64,000 bases of DNA, taken from the NCBI GenBank assembly GCA_963728405.1, contig CAVSJV010000003.1, positions 253,968-317,967 on the forward strand, in the 5' to 3' direction. Each line of letters starts with the position of its first letter. The first letter of the stretch is position 1. Below are positions 25,073 through 35,665 of the stretch, one piece after another. The notes under the pieces are model-generated. The model saw only the letters and a list, made by a program, of their open reading frames with translations. It did not search any database and was not told the DNA's origin. This DNA is from Methanomassiliicoccaceae archaeon. GTDB taxonomy: Archaea; Thermoplasmatota; Thermoplasmata; Methanomassiliicoccales; Methanomassiliicoccaceae. The translations under genes and the position numbers were made by a program.

Positions 25073-25926
25073 TGCGGGCCCCCCTGCTCGATCTGGACCA
25101 TACCTTGGACAGTGGGCAGGTGTTCCGATGGACAAGAGAGGGGGAGTGGTGGACAGGGGTCGTGGGACCTCGATCGCTACGGCTTCGCCAGAAGGACGGC
25201 CGCCTGGACATGGAGGGTGACGTCGATGAGGCCTTCCTCCGCTCCTACCTGCGATTGGACGACGACCTGGAGGCCATCTACCAGGACATCTCCAGGGACG
25301 AGTGCATCGCCGGCATCATCGACCGCTTCCGGGGGATGCGACTGATCCGCCAGGACCCCTGGGAATGTTCAGCGTCCTATCTCCTGGCCTCGTATTCCAA
25401 CGTGCCTCGTATCAAGAAGATGATCGAGAACCTATGCCGCACCTACGGGCAGAGGTTACCGGATGGGCGATACTCATTTCCCTCCCCAGAGGAGATCGCC
25501 GAGGGTTGCGGGGACATCGCCAGCTGCCGATTGGGCTATCGGGCGGAGTGGATCAAGGGCTACGCCCGCTCGGTGATGGACGGTTCGTTCGACCTGCCCA
25601 GGCTCCTGACCCTCGAATATCCCGAAGCGGTGCGATACCTGAAGACCATCAAGGGCATCGGAGATAAGGTCGCCGACTGCATCGCTCTGTTCTCCCTGGA
25701 CCACCTGGAGGCCTGCCCGGTGGACGTACGCATCGCCCGAGCGATGAAAGAGATCTACGGCGTGTCGGGCAGTTACAAGAAGGTCAGCGAGCACGCTCGT
25801 CAGCACTTCGGTCGGTTCGCCGGCTACGCCCAGGAATATCTATACATCGCCGAGGATCGGGAAAGGAAGAAAGAACTGGCATCTATCCGATCGTGCATTC
25901 CGGGCAGACGCAGTCAGGGGCCCTGA
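25069..25926 (+). CDS. ogg: 8-oxoguanine DNA glycosylase (Ogg1/HhH-GPD)
   Basis: TLDSGQVFRW, RLIRQDPWE, LGYRA, HhH IKGIGDKVADCIAL, PVDV, FAGYAQEYLY. Confidence 0.88.
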   Translation: MMRAPLLDLDHTLDSGQVFRWTREGEWWTGVVGPRSLRLRQKDGRLDMEGDVDEAFLRSYLRLDDDLEAIYQDISRDECIAGIIDRFRGMRLIRQDPWECSASYLLASYSNVPRIKKMIENLCRTYGQRLPDGRYSFPSPEEIAEGCGDIASCRLGYRAEWIKGYARSVMDGSFDLPRLLTLEYPEAVRYLKTIKGIGDKVADCIALFSLDHLEACPVDVRIARAMKEIYGVSGSYKKVSEHARQHFGRFAGYAQEYLYIAEDRERKKELASIRSCIPGRRSQGP

Positions 25927-26263
25927 CCCCCGTGTGGATCTCATAGACCTTCACTAACATGCCGCTGCGCTTGACCATCTCGCAGACCCGGCAGGTCTCG
26001 GTCACGATGTCCGAACCATCGATGATGCGCTGAGCGGCCCGGCATACCTCGGCCTTGAACTCCTCGTACTTGCCACTGTTCTCCAGCTCCTTGTTCGTCC
26101 CTCTCTTGGACTTTAGGTACTGAGATATGGCCGCATCGGTGACGCCGAATCGCCTGGCTACCTCGGCCTGGGTCAGCTTATGCTTCTCCACCAGCTCCCT
26201 GGCCAACTCTCGCCTGATCGAAGGAAGAACATACCACACGATGAGCTCGCAAGGGATTTTCAT
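25883..26263 (-). CDS. HTH transcriptional regulator (COG2522-like)
   Basis: MKIPCE..LPSIRRELA, TQAEVARRFGVTDAAISQYL, C-terminal cysteines. Confidence 0.85.
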   Translation of the reverse strand: MKIPCELIVWYVLPSIRRELARELVEKHKLTQAEVARRFGVTDAAISQYLKSKRGTNKELENSGKYEEFKAEVCRAAQRIIDGSDIVTETCRVCEMVKRSGMLVKVYEIHTGVRAPDCVCPECTIG

Positions 26264-26425
26264 AGTAGGAGGGGAAACGGCTTAACAATATTTAAAAGTT
26301 AACACCCCTTTGTTTTCCCCATAGAACTTTCCTAGGGATCGACCTGCGAGGGCGGTCCAAGATGGGAAAGAATTGAAAAGGGCCTCGGGACCTCATCCTG
26401 GGTCGAGAGCGTGGTTCCGGCGGCC

Positions 26426-29400
26426 TTAGACCTCTCCGGGATGGGTCTTCTCATAGAACGCCTGGACCTCCCAGTCAGGGATGGTATTGGGGTCCTCGGC
26501 CACCCGGATGGTGAGACCATTGTCCTTGAGATAGCGGGTGAGTACCGCCCGGGCCTCCTTCTCGCCCTTGAAGTCCTGGAGGACGATATCGGAGGCCTTG
26601 ATCCTTCCCCGGAACGAGCCGATCATATGGGGCCCGTCCATTATCAGGGAGAAGTAGCTCCCCCCTAGATCCTGCCTGATCCGCTCCGCGAGGTAGGTAT
26701 GGAGGTTGTCCTCGGGGCCCAGGACGAACTGTTCCCTGGTCCTGACCTTCCCGATCTGTTTGAGGTCCTCTCTGAGCATCCAATGGACGCTCTCATCCCC
26801 GTCCACTAGGAACCCCTTGACCAGGAAGCCCTCCCTTTCCAGGTCGGCCAGTATGCCCCGCAGCTCCTTCATCGACAGTTCGTACCGGGTGTAGCGGGAC
26901 AGGTTCTCCGCACTGAAGATGCCAAAGTTGCGGAAGCAGTGGCGGATTATCTCCCGTCTCGCTTCCAAGACCGGAAGGGGGCTGGGCGGAACGATGCGCA
27001 CCCGCTTGTTCTGGTCCTGATAGATCAGGGTCCCGTTGCTCAGCTCCTTGATAGCATCATAGGTGGCCCGATGACCCAGGACCGAACGATCGAAGAGCTG
27101 GTTGCGGGACATGGGCTTGCCATCCTGGACCACCTGGAGAAGCATCTTCATCTCCTCGGTGACCTTACGGTCCTTGGCCCGGCGACACAGCGAGGCGTGC
27201 TCCAGGCTACAGTACGTGACATAATCCGGTATGGCATGGACCTTGATCAGGAAGCCCATCTCATACATCTTCTTGAGCAGGATGCGGTTGCGGCAGCGGA
27301 GGGCCGCCGCGGCGTCCGACCTCAGCCCTCCGGTGGACTTGATGGCCTCGACCACGTTGGTATAGCGGCGGCGGGGCTCGATGTGCTGCTTCCAGAGGAT
27401 ATAGGAGAGCACATCCTCCCACGGATGGTGGTCTAGGGCCATAGTGCCCTTGACGAACATATCGCCGATGCGCGAGTAGCCGTGTTCCTCGAGCACGGCC
27501 TTCGTTTCCGGCAGTGCGTTCTCCGGCGATTTTCCCAGGACCTCACGGATGCGGACGATGTCATAGCCCATCATGCCGTAGAAGGACATGAAGCGGTCCA
27601 GCGCCTCCAGGGCGTCGGGCAGCAGGGCGGGGTCCTCCAGGTCCAGCTCACGGACCTCAATGCACCCGCTCATGTTCCACTTCTCCGCCCCGCCCACCAG
27701 ACGGCCGTTCGAAACGATGGGGAAGATCCACCGGTCGCCATACTTGGAGGCGATGGACGCCCACAGGGCCTGCACACCCGGATCATACAGGGACACGATC
27801 CTCATGGCCTGCTCGTTCCGGGGGACTTCCTTCAGCCGAGGCAGCTCGTCGCGGAAGAGATACATCTCCTCTCTCGACTCCCCAACGGTCACGGTCTCGA
27901 CGTCCAGCTCGTTGAGGATGGCCCCGACCTCGGCGATAGGGAACTGGGTGGCGGTGGTGATCGCATAGATGGGCACCGGGCCATAGGCTCTCAGGAACCG
28001 TTCCACGATCACCTTGTATGGATCTCCATCGTACGCGGGCGCGTTGTAAGCGAGGTAAGTGTTCTCCGATGACCACTCTTCCCGCTCCTCGAACCTACGG
28101 ACGATGTACATGTTGCGGTCCAGGCGGTCCACGCTCTCCTTGAGCTCTTCCTTGGTATGGCCAAGCGCGGGTAGCAGCTGGCGGAGGGACATGCCCTCGT
28201 CGCTGTACCGGATGAGGTCCAGTACTTTTTGGTCGAGTGGTTTGAGGGCCGCGTTGCGGTACGCCGCAACGTAGGCTGGGGCATCGATGTCACGCACGTA
28301 CTTGACCCTCCCCCGTAGGAACCGGCCCAGGAGCAGTCTCCCCGAGCGGCGCATCTCCTCCCAGTCCTTCAGCTGGAAGCCCTTCACGCGGTGGAAGGCA
28401 TCGAGGGGCATGCCAATGTCCCCAAAGTTATCGAACAGCTCGTCGATGGAGCCAAACGCCTGGTCCTGCTTGGAGCGGCGGTACGCCTCCACCGTGCTAT
28501 GATCGTAGGCGTTCAGATTGTTGGTCTTGAGCCGGAGGTAATCGCGGCGAAGCATGTATTGCTCGTGCTCCGAGACCAGGTAGCGGCCCTTGGACACCAG
28601 GCCCTCTTGGACCAGGTCATCGAGGGTCCGCCGGACCTCCTGAACGTCCAGTCCGAAGACGAAGGCGATCTCTTCCGCCGTGGCCGGGGCGAAGCATTCC
28701 AGATGATGCACTAGGATCTCGTCCAGGGCGTCCTGGCGCGGCCTCTTCTCCACGTCCCGACGCTGGTACTGCCACTTGCCGTCGCGGTAGGCTACCCGAC
28801 CGACCGAACCTCCGGCCTCCATCCTCCGGATGAGCTGGTGGACCTTGTCGCTGGGCGCGTCCAGCTTCTCGGCCAGCTCCTGAGGGGTGCGCGGCTCGGC
28901 CAGCTCCAGGAGCGCCCGCTCCTCGAGCGCGCTCCTCGGCCGGTCCTTGGACAGCACCGCGAGATAGATCGGCAGGTCCTCGGTCGGCACGAAGTAGGCG
29001 TCATCGATATAGACCGACGATATCGCTCCTTCCTTGACGAGCTCGGCGGACCAGGCGTCCACAGACTCACGCCCGGCCACGGTGAAGGGGTAGACGTTGC
29101 GCCCCTTCTCCTTGAGCACTCGGATCGGTCCGGCCCGGCGGACCAGACCGAGCAGGTCATCCTTGGTGGCCACGAACCCGACGCGCTGCCGGAAGTATGG
29201 CAGGACCTTGTCCTCGGTGAACTCGAACTCAGAGATCTCCGAGCCCATGACCTTAGACAGCACCCGGCGGTGCAGCTCCCTGAGCAGGGCGCCGCGGTCC
29301 TCCATCAGCACCATGTCCGATATACCGGCCAGGATGGCGTTGTGGGCGAACGGCGACGGGGCCGAGGTATATTCGAGGGCCTTGACCCGGACCTCTCCGC

Positions 29401-31804
29401 TCTCGATCGAACCGAGGATGTCCTTGGCGTTCTTGATGTCCATGACATCCTCCATGATCTCACGGTAGGTCTCGTCGATCACCGGGACGCCTTCCATGTT
29501 GCCCAATGCTTCCAGGAGATACTGGGAGCGGACCTGCTGCCGGCCCACGGACACTTCCCGGCCCTTGTAGTTGCGCAGGATCATGAAGCTGCGGGAGGCG
29601 GTGTGCCGGAACCGCTGCTTGAACAGCTCGGAGTCCTTGATCGCTCTCGACAGGATGCCCTCAAGCAAGGCCGATGACAGCAGCCGCTCGATGCCCGCGA
29701 TCTCGATGCGCTTGGGCGAGGAGACCATGAAGGTGTCGTCGGTGATGGAGACCGAGACATTGCTGCCCAGTTGCTGAGTGAGCACGAAAGCGTAGGCGCG
29801 GGAAAGGGCGTCATTGACCCGCCGCCCGAATGGGAAGTGGAAGATGAGGTTGTAGTTACCGGTCATGTCGATGTAGCCTTCGATCGCCAGCTCCTTGTCG
29901 TGGGGGATGAAGCCACACGCCGCCATCTGCTCCCGGAAGTAGGATAGGATCGACTGGGCCGAGCCCAGATCGATGCCGAAGGCGCACAGCCATTTCAGGA
30001 TCTCATCGTCCTCCAGCTCCAGCCGCTCCATCAGCTCCCGTCGGAAAACGGCTATGTTCATCGATAGGTCGAACGACCGGGGCAGCATCTCTCCGCTCCA
30101 GGACGGCACGGTGGGCTTGCGCCCGGCCGCTTCCTTGACGAAGACCTTCATGCCCTTGGTCCGCACGTACTCGTACGATTTGCCGCCCAGAACGAACACG
30201 TCCCGGGCCGACAGCCGCTCGACGAACTTCTCGGACAGGTCGCCGATCAGCCCGCCCTTGTCGGTGAAGACCTTGTAGTGCGCTTCCTCGGGGATCGTTC
30301 CCAGGTTGAGGAAGTATATCATCCTCGAGCCGGCCCTCTTGCCAAAGCGGGCCTCGGCCTCGTCATACCACAGTTTGGGGTACACGCCCTCGAAGGCATC
30401 CTTGCTTCCGAGGTAGCGCAGCACTTCCAGGAACGACTTCTCCGATAGATTGCGGTAGCAGTAGGAGGAGCGGACGACCTCGAGCGCGTCCTTGACGTCC
30501 CAGCGCTGTTCGAGGGACATGCCCACCAGGCTCTGGGAGAGCACATCCAGGCAGTTCTCGGAGATGGATACGCGGTCGATGTGCTTGCGGTGGGCGGACC
30601 GGCACAGCACGGCGCATTCCACCAGATCGTCCTTCTCGAACACCAGCATACGGCCCTTGGAGGTCAGCCCGTGTCCGTGGCCGCTGCGTCCGATGCGCTG
30701 CAGCCCTTTGGCCACCGACTTCGGCGAGCCGATCTGGACGACCAGGTCGACCGAGCCGATGTCGATCCCCAGCTCCAGGGAGGTGGAGGACACCACGCAC
30801 TTCAGCAGCCCCTTCTTCAGGCGCTCCTCGACGTCCAGCCGGGTCTCCTTGGCCAGGGAGCCATGGTGTGCCTCGATGCCTTCCAACCCGCGCTCCTTTA
30901 GCTTGTACACCACATGCTCGGTGCCCGAACGGGTGTTGGTGAAGACGATGGTGGTCCGATGCTCCTTGACCATCTCATAGAGCTGGTCGTACATCTTGGA
31001 GTTGACGATCTCGTACGGTAGAGAGGTCATATCGTCGGTGGGACACTCCACCCGGACGTCGAGGTCCCGCTGCCGCATGATCTCTACCACGTTCACCTCC
31101 CTCGGCTTGCCGTCCTGGTATCCCACCAGGTACTGCGACACTTCCTCGATGGGGGCGAGCGTTGCCGACAGACCGACCCGCACGAACGGACGGGAGCACA
31201 GATGCTGCAGCCTCTCCAGAGTGAGCGACAGGAACACCCCGCGCTTGGAGTCGCACACCTCGTGGATCTCGTCCAGGACAACGTACTCGACCTGAGCCAG
31301 CCGCTCCCGGAACTTCGGCGCGGCCAGCACCAATGCGAGCGATTCGGGCGTGGTGATCAGGATATGGGGCGGCTTCCTCAGCATCTTCTGCCGATCGGCC
31401 TGGGACGTGTCTCCTGTGCGCACTCCGACCCGGATCTGGGGGAACTCCACACCATCCCTCTCGGCGACCTCCCGCATCTCCCGCAGCGGCTCCTCGAGGT
31501 TGCGATTGATGTCGTTGGCCAGGGCCTTGAGGGGGGAGATGTAGATGGCATAGACGCGGTCTTCCAGCCGGCCATCCTTGGAATATTTGAACAGTTCGTT
31601 GATGATCGATGTGAAAGCGGTCAGGGTCTTGCCCGAGCCGGTGGGCGAGGAAACAAGAACGTTCTGCCGGTTGTGAATTAAGGGAATGGCGTACGATTGA
31701 GGCTCGGTGAAGTCCTTGAACTTCCCGTTGAACCACTTGGCGATCAGAGGGTCCAAGAGGGAGATTACCTCGTCCTTCTTGTATCTCTTAGTTACCTTTT
31801 GCAT
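26426..31804 (-). CDS. lhr: Lhr-family SF2 helicase with long C-terminal winged-helix extension (1,792 aa)
   Basis: SPTGSGKT, YISPLKAL, TTPES, DEIH, GLSAT, HHGS, SLELGIDIG, QRIGRSGH. Confidence 0.93.
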   Translation of the reverse strand: MQKVTKRYKKDEVISLLDPLIAKWFNGKFKDFTEPQSYAIPLIHNRQNVLVSSPTGSGKTLTAFTSIINELFKYSKDGRLEDRVYAIYISPLKALANDINRNLEEPLREMREVAERDGVEFPQIRVGVRTGDTSQADRQKMLRKPPHILITTPESLALVLAAPKFRERLAQVEYVVLDEIHEVCDSKRGVFLSLTLERLQHLCSRPFVRVGLSATLAPIEEVSQYLVGYQDGKPREVNVVEIMRQRDLDVRVECPTDDMTSLPYEIVNSKMYDQLYEMVKEHRTTIVFTNTRSGTEHVVYKLKERGLEGIEAHHGSLAKETRLDVEERLKKGLLKCVVSSTSLELGIDIGSVDLVVQIGSPKSVAKGLQRIGRSGHGHGLTSKGRMLVFEKDDLVECAVLCRSAHRKHIDRVSISENCLDVLSQSLVGMSLEQRWDVKDALEVVRSSYCYRNLSEKSFLEVLRYLGSKDAFEGVYPKLWYDEAEARFGKRAGSRMIYFLNLGTIPEEAHYKVFTDKGGLIGDLSEKFVERLSARDVFVLGGKSYEYVRTKGMKVFVKEAAGRKPTVPSWSGEMLPRSFDLSMNIAVFRRELMERLELEDDEILKWLCAFGIDLGSAQSILSYFREQMAACGFIPHDKELAIEGYIDMTGNYNLIFHFPFGRRVNDALSRAYAFVLTQQLGSNVSVSITDDTFMVSSPKRIEIAGIERLLSSALLEGILSRAIKDSELFKQRFRHTASRSFMILRNYKGREVSVGRQQVRSQYLLEALGNMEGVPVIDETYREIMEDVMDIKNAKDILGSIESGEVRVKALEYTSAPSPFAHNAILAGISDMVLMEDRGALLRELHRRVLSKVMGSEISEFEFTEDKVLPYFRQRVGFVATKDDLLGLVRRAGPIRVLKEKGRNVYPFTVAGRESVDAWSAELVKEGAISSVYIDDAYFVPTEDLPIYLAVLSKDRPRSALEERALLELAEPRTPQELAEKLDAPSDKVHQLIRRMEAGGSVGRVAYRDGKWQYQRRDVEKRPRQDALDEILVHHLECFAPATAEEIAFVFGLDVQEVRRTLDDLVQEGLVSKGRYLVSEHEQYMLRRDYLRLKTNNLNAYDHSTVEAYRRSKQDQAFGSIDELFDNFGDIGMPLDAFHRVKGFQLKDWEEMRRSGRLLLGRFLRGRVKYVRDIDAPAYVAAYRNAALKPLDQKVLDLIRYSDEGMSLRQLLPALGHTKEELKESVDRLDRNMYIVRRFEEREEWSSENTYLAYNAPAYDGDPYKVIVERFLRAYGPVPIYAITTATQFPIAEVGAILNELDVETVTVGESREEMYLFRDELPRLKEVPRNEQAMRIVSLYDPGVQALWASIASKYGDRWIFPIVSNGRLVGGAEKWNMSGCIEVRELDLEDPALLPDALEALDRFMSFYGMMGYDIVRIREVLGKSPENALPETKAVLEEHGYSRIGDMFVKGTMALDHHPWEDVLSYILWKQHIEPRRRYTNVVEAIKSTGGLRSDAAAALRCRNRILLKKMYEMGFLIKVHAIPDYVTYCSLEHASLCRRAKDRKVTEEMKMLLQVVQDGKPMSRNQLFDRSVLGHRATYDAIKELSNGTLIYQDQNKRVRIVPPSPLPVLEARREIIRHCFRNFGIFSAENLSRYTRYELSMKELRGILADLEREGFLVKGFLVDGDESVHWMLREDLKQIGKVRTREQFVLGPEDNLHTYLAERIRQDLGGSYFSLIMDGPHMIGSFRGRIKASDIVLQDFKGEKEARAVLTRYLKDNGLTIRVAEDPNTIPDWEVQAFYEKTHPGEV

Positions 31805-32111
31805 CTGTGAAGCTCCTTTGAAATCACGCTCGATTCCCCGTACTCATATTATAGGCTTTCGATAAGTTGCCCGAATGGCCTGGGGCCAAGGGGATCGCCC
31901 TGAAGGAGACATATCGCTCCTGGCTACCCCCGGGCAAGGCATTGCATCGACCGAAAATCGGCTCGAATGACGGAACCCGCCCGGGCGCGGTCCTTAAGTG
32001 ATGGGGGCCGTCCAGACGTGGCCGCTCTTCTCCAAAGGGGCTCTTCGACAGCGAACGATCAGGTTCGACCAGCGGTCAAAAACAGTTTTATCCCAGGAGA
32101 ACGTTTCGGCA

Positions 32112-33137
32112 ATGGTCATGAAAATTCCAGCTCTCCTTCTCGCGCTTTTGGTCCTGGGCCTGGTGGCTTCGTCCGGCGTTGTAGCGGGAGCGGGGACGGT
32201 GGTCCTCAGCGGCCATGTGCAGAACCTCGATGGACTTCCGTTCGAGGGGGCCAGGATCACCATCCTCAATACAATCACCAATGTCACCCTTTCATCCATT
32301 CTGACCAACTCCAACGGGGACTTCTCCTCGCAGACCCTGGCCGCTGGTAACTACACGGTCAGCGCCACTTACCCACTTTACAACGCCAACGTCACCTATT
32401 CGGGCCTGTCATCCTCGGCCAGCAATCTCGATTTTTCCCTCTATGAGGTCCAGGGCACCGTGATCGGCCAGGTCACCGACGGGAACACCACTCTATCGGG
32501 CGTGAAGGTCATCCTGAGCAACAGCGTGGCCAACTTCTCCGCCCTGAGCACCGCCCCCCTGGGGCAGTTCACTATAGAGAACGTGACCTCGGGCACCTAC
32601 ATCGCCCATGCCGTGAAGGACGGCTATGACGGCGTCAGCGGCATCTATCCAGACCCAGTGGTGGTCTCCAGGGGCAGCATGGTGGAGCTGAACTTCACCC
32701 TGACCGAGCTGGCCAACCAGGAAGCTCAGTTAAGTGGGAAGGTCACCTACGATGGCGACCCCCTCTCCGGGGTCAAGGTCGTCCTCTCGCCGCTGGAGGG
32801 CACGGACATAATGACCACCACCGATGCCCAGGGCAGCTACACTTTCAAGAGCGTGACCGCCGGGCAGTACGAGCTGCTCCTATCCAAGAGCGGATACATC
32901 GGCACCTCGCAGAAGGTGGTCCTGGAACCGCTGAAAGAGAAGAATGTCGACGTCGCTATGAAGAAGGACACCCTTCCGGGGAACGCCGGCTTCCTCATGG
33001 ACTACGACCTCGCCCATTCCTTGATGATCGTGGCGCTGGGCCTCGCGCTCGTCACCACCCTCGGCGCCCTGTTCATCCGGCGTCGTGCGCGCAACAAGCC
33101 GGAGATCCTGGAGAACGAGGAGGACTCGTCCGATTGA
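32112..33137 (+). CDS. Secreted, membrane-anchored protein with three carboxypeptidase-regulatory-like beta-sandwich repeats
   Basis: Signal peptide, repeated SG.V...G.PL.G..V...TD..G.F...G.Y units, C-terminal TM followed by RRRAR. Confidence 0.8.
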   Translation: MVMKIPALLLALLVLGLVASSGVVAGAGTVVLSGHVQNLDGLPFEGARITILNTITNVTLSSILTNSNGDFSSQTLAAGNYTVSATYPLYNANVTYSGLSSSASNLDFSLYEVQGTVIGQVTDGNTTLSGVKVILSNSVANFSALSTAPLGQFTIENVTSGTYIAHAVKDGYDGVSGIYPDPVVVSRGSMVELNFTLTELANQEAQLSGKVTYDGDPLSGVKVVLSPLEGTDIMTTTDAQGSYTFKSVTAGQYELLLSKSGYIGTSQKVVLEPLKEKNVDVAMKKDTLPGNAGFLMDYDLAHSLMIVALGLALVTTLGALFIRRRARNKPEILENEEDSSD

Positions 33138-33729
33138 TCACTTTTCGAACTGTTCGCTTGATCTCGGCCAGGGCGTTCTCGGCCTGGCGGTTCACCGCCT
33201 CGTACATCGAGTTGCCGTGAGCGTCCATGGCCACGATCATCGGTCCCAGGTCCTGAGCCTCCACGACCCACAGCGCCTCGGGCATTCCCAGATCCAGCCA
33301 TTCGACCTTCTTCACCGTCTTGATGCCCTGAGCGGCCAGCACCGCGGCCCCTCCGGTCATCGCCAGATACACGCAGCCGTGCTTCTTCATCACGTCCAGG
33401 GTCGGCCGGGACATGCCGCCCTTGCCGATGATGGCCCGGATGCCGAACGCCTCTATGAACGCTGGTTCCAACGAGTTCATGCGGGCCGAGGTGGTCGGCC
33501 CGGCGGCGATGATGCTCCAACTCTCCCCGTGCTTCTGAGCGATGGGGCCGCAGTGGAACAGTATGCCGTCCCGGAGGTCGACCGGGAGCGGCTCGCCCCT
33601 CTCGTGCATCTCCAGCGCCCGGATGTGCACCTCATCTCGGCCGATGAACACCGTGCCCGCTACCCGGACCTCCTGCCCCAGACGAAGCGAGCGGACCGTG
33701 CTCTCGGACAGCGGAGCCTGGAGGATCAT
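33138..33729 (-). CDS. Fe-S fumarate hydratase/tartrate dehydratase beta subunit
   Basis: GRDEVH, FHCGP, AGPTTSARM, IGKGGM, LGMPEALW, AMDAHG. Confidence 0.9.
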
Positions 33730-34583
33730 GACCTCATCTCCACCCTGCCATCGGGGAACACCCGGGCGGTCGCCCTTCGCGCCGCCCAGCATTGCATGTT
33801 CACTGCCACCGGCAGACTGGCGGTGTGGCAGAAGGCGGCCGAGACCCGCACCCCGAGGACGGTGGTCCTCCCTCCTAGCCCCATGGGGCCGACCCCGCTC
33901 CGGTTCAGCGCCGTATGCAGCTCGTCCTCCAGCGCCTGCAGCTGGGCGTCCTCGTTGGGGATGTCCAGCGGCCTCAGCAACGCTTTCTTGGCCAGCTCGC
34001 AGGCGAGATCGGCGGTCCCGCCGATCCCCACGCCCACGATGGTGGGGGGACAGGGCTTGCCTCCCGCCCTGACCACGGTGTCGAGGACGAACGACCTGAT
34101 GCCGTTCAGACCCTGGGACGGCGTGAGCATCGCCAGCGCGGACATGTTCTCCGAACCGGCGCCCTTGGTCATGACCGTGATCTCGGTGAACTCGTCGTCG
34201 GTAGGCCGGAAGATGATGTGCGGCAATCCCTCGCCCAGATTGTTGCCGGGGTTGTGGCGGGTCAGGGGGTGCACGGCGTTCGGTCTTAGAGGCACCTCCT
34301 CGGTGGCCCGGGCGACACCTCTCCGAATGCCGTCCTCCAGCCCCTTGATCATACGGCCGGAGACGAAGAAGACCTGAACCCCGGTGTCCTGGCACATGGG
34401 CACCCTCAGCCGGCCGGCCTCATCGATGTTCTTCAATATGGTCCGGAGCTGGATCCGGGCGGTGGGGGAGGTCTCCTGGCCCTCCGCTTCTCGCAAGGCG
34501 TCCTTCACGTCCTGCGGCAGATGTATGACCGCCTCCCTCAGTAGGCACACTACGGTCTGCTCGATGACGCTCCCCTGGTCCAT
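33726..34583 (-). CDS. Fe-S fumarate hydratase/tartrate dehydratase alpha subunit
   Basis: PMCQDTG, KGAGSENMS, AGGKPCPP, GVGIGG, GPMGLGG, CHTASLP, QCWA. Confidence 0.9.
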   Translation of the reverse strand: MDQGSVIEQTVVCLLREAVIHLPQDVKDALREAEGQETSPTARIQLRTILKNIDEAGRLRVPMCQDTGVQVFFVSGRMIKGLEDGIRRGVARATEEVPLRPNAVHPLTRHNPGNNLGEGLPHIIFRPTDDEFTEITVMTKGAGSENMSALAMLTPSQGLNGIRSFVLDTVVRAGGKPCPPTIVGVGIGGTADLACELAKKALLRPLDIPNEDAQLQALEDELHTALNRSGVGPMGLGGRTTVLGVRVSAAFCHTASLPVAVNMQCWAARRATARVFPDGRVEMRS

Positions 34584-34725
34584 CGCTGAGGGAATCGGCA
34601 CCCGGCATATAACAGTTGTACTAGCAGGCCAACCTCGCTTGGACCTCGTCCAAGTGGGCCCAACGGCCACAAACAGTTATATCTCTCCCTTAAGAATTCC
34701 CGCTCTAATCCAAGAAGGGACGTGA

Positions 34726-35661
34726 ATGGTAGACCCGATCGTCATTCAGAACCTGACCAAGGACTTCGAGGGCTTCAAGGCCGTGGACAATCTCAGCCTG
34801 ACCGTCGCCCGCAAATCCTTCATGGGTTTCCTGGGCCCCAACGGCGCAGGAAAGACCACCACCATAAAGATACTGACCAACATGCTCACCGCCACCAGCG
34901 GTTCGGCCCTGCTCAATGGCATAGACATCATCAAGCAGCCCAAGGAAGCGCTGGCCGATGTCGGGGCGGTAGTGGAGACCCCGGAGTTCTATCCCTACCT
35001 CACCCCCAACGAGACCCTGGCCTACATGGGCGAGCTGCGGGGCATGAACAAGGAGGATATCAGGAACAGGAGCAAAGAGGTGCTGGAGACGGTCAAGATG
35101 ACCGAATGGGCGGACAAGCGCATCGGCAAGTTCTCCAAGGGCATGAAGCAGCGCATTGCCATCGCCCAGGCCATCCTGCACGAGCCCTCGGTGATCATCC
35201 TCGACGAGCCGACCTCCGGTCTGGACCCCCGGGGCATGTTCGAGGTAAGGGAGATCCTTAACGAGCTGAAGAAGCTGGACTATACGGTCTTCATGTCCTC
35301 CCATATGCTCAACGAGGTCCAGGAGGTCTGTACCGAAGCCGCCCTGATCAACCATGGCAAGATGCTCAGAATAGGCGCGGTAAGCGATCTTATCAGCGGG
35401 GCCGGCAGCAAGCGGTTGGAGGTGCGCACCATTCAGCCAATGAACGGTGAATGGCTCAACCGCGTGTCCAAGCTGGAGGGAGTGGGCGAACTTCGGGCGG
35501 CGGGGGAGAACCAGCTCGTCCTATCACTTAGCGGCGGGGACGAGGCCCAGGCCCGGCTCCTGACCGACATCCAATCCCTGGGACTGAAGGTCGTTTCGTT
35601 CAAGGAATCCGGAGTAGCGCTGGAGAACCTGTACATGAGCTTGATCAAGGAGTCGAGGTGA
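34726..35661 (+). CDS. ABC transporter ATP-binding protein (ABC-2 type), copy 1
   Basis: GPNGAGKTT, FSKGMKQR, LDEPTSGLDP, SSH. Confidence 0.93.
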   Translation: MVDPIVIQNLTKDFEGFKAVDNLSLTVARKSFMGFLGPNGAGKTTTIKILTNMLTATSGSALLNGIDIIKQPKEALADVGAVVETPEFYPYLTPNETLAYMGELRGMNKEDIRNRSKEVLETVKMTEWADKRIGKFSKGMKQRIAIAQAILHEPSVIILDEPTSGLDPRGMFEVREILNELKKLDYTVFMSSHMLNEVQEVCTEAALINHGKMLRIGAVSDLISGAGSKRLEVRTIQPMNGEWLNRVSKLEGVGELRAAGENQLVLSLSGGDEAQARLLTDIQSLGLKVVSFKESGVALENLYMSLIKESR

Positions 35662-35665
35662 TAAA

